Origin: Mustelus asterias
Taxonomy: Eukaryota
NCBI RefSeq assembly: GCF_964213995.1
Contig: NW_027590920.1
Location: 1 to 64,000, forward strand
Direction: 5' to 3'
DNA: 64,000 bases
In this document: positions 62,670 to 64,000 of the stretch, piece after piece
Numbering within the stretch: position 1 is the stretch's first letter
Layout of the letters: each line of letters opens with the position of its first letter
The notes under the pieces: model-generated
Told to the model about the DNA's origin: nothing
The model's database searches: none
Seen by the model: the letters and a program-made list of their open reading frames with translations, nothing else
Made by a program: the position numbers and the translations under genes

Positions 62670-63570
62670 TACTATAAGCAGGAAAATAAGTCGTAAATAT
62701 GACATAAGGAGACTACAAAAATATACACATAGGATAAGTGAGTGGGCAAAAAACTGGTAAATGGAGTAGAATTGGGCGACTGTAAAATGTCCACTTTGGC
62801 AGAAAGAATAAAAGATAAACTTATCTAAATGGTGAGAGATTGCAGAGTTCTGAGGTGCAGAGAGACCTTTGTGTCGCAGTGCATGAATCACAGAAGGCCC
62901 TTATACAGGCAGGGCAAGTAATTAGGAAAGCTAATAGCATGTTACCATTTATTGTGAGGGAGTTGATTGCAAAAGTAACCAGGTTGTGCTTCAGTTGTGC
63001 AGGGCATTGGTGAGACCACATTTAGAATATTGTGTACAGTATTGGTTACCTTATTAAAGGAAGGATGTCAATATGTTGGAAGCAGTTCAGAGAAGGTTTA
63101 ACAGACTAATAGCAGCAATGGGTGTATTGTCTTGAAAGGAAAGTTTGAACAGACTTGGCTTGTATCCACTGGAGTTAAGAATACCAAGAGAAGACTTGAC
63201 TAAACCATTATAAGATCCTGAGGTGTCTTGACAAGGTGATTTTAAAGAGGCTGTTTCCTCCTGTGAGAGAACTTAGAACGAGGGGTCACTGTTTAAAAAT
63301 AAGGAGTCGCCCGTTTAAACCAGAGGTCAGGAGAAATTCTTTCACTCAGAGGGTTGCGAGTCTGAAACTGTCTTTCTGAAAAAGTAGTGGAAGCAGAACC
63401 TTTGAATATTTTTAAGGCAGAGGTGGATAGATTCTTGGTAAGCAAGGGGGTGATAGATTATCAGAGGTAAGCATGATGCAGATTTGAGGTTACCATCAAA
63501 TCAGCCACAGTCTTAATAAATGGTGGAGGGGCTGAATGGCCCACTTCAGCTCTTTATTCATTTGTTCGTA
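62670..63570 (+). mobile_element. Degenerate CR1 3' fragment
   Basis: EWAKNW..RPHLEYCVQYW..FFTQRV. Confidence 0.8.
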
Positions 63571-63767
63571 AAAAACATTCTGGTTTAGTTAAGAACATTC
63601 CCTTTCCTTTTGTGAGGACTTTGTTGCTGATTTTAGCTTATTTTAGTTTGATTGGATCACATATTTGGAAGAACAGAGGGTGGGAATGTTGCACAGAAAC
63701 TAGATATTTCTGTTCTGAATTTCTATCCTGGACTGAGTGATACTGACACCATCAATTCTTTTTACAG

Positions 63768-64000
63768 GGGGTTAGTAGGAGATGATCTGAAGACAGAAAA
63801 ACATTTCTTTGCGATCAGTCAGAGTCACTGAATTAATCAAGAGCTAAATATCATCGACCTTTCACTGTGCAAGGAGAAATGTTTCTCTGTTCTGCCTGTG
63901 GGGAAAGAGTTCAAGCATCGGTTTGACTGGAAAAGCACCGAGACACACACACACCCGAATGAGAGTGTTCCAGTGAACTGACTGTGGAAAGAGCTTTAAC
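63768..64000 (+). other. 5' part of another C2H2 ZNF exon (runs off the window)
   Basis: ttttacag acceptor; 63920-64000 is the reverse-complement homolog of 60010-60095 in ZNF E. Confidence 0.7.

Overview
Vertebrate genomic DNA, almost certainly from a cartilaginous fish (shark): it carries HE1-like SINEs, CR1 LINEs and Penelope-like repeats typical of elasmobranchs. The left half (about 4.3-28.4 kb) is an array of at least 10 T-cell-receptor alpha/delta-type V gene segments. They show the leader exon / intron / V exon / 22-24-bp-spacer RSS layout (leaders not located for three) and lie in both orientations. One looks fully intact (16572-17618, missed by the ORF track), one has an open frame but a degenerate RSS, and the rest are pseudogenes. 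A tRNA-Gln(TTG) gene and two tRNA relics precede the array. After a ~3-kb CR1 copy (28.6-31.7 kb) the window switches to a cluster of KRAB-less C2H2 zinc-finger genes and pseudogenes with YY1/NRF1 CpG promoters. That half also holds an inverted duplication, a solo LTR, Penelope-like elements with minimal hammerhead-ribozyme motifs, and a 30 x 29-bp minisatellite. No D, J or C segments and no CRISPR array were found. Everything was read by eye, so repeat boundaries are approximate.
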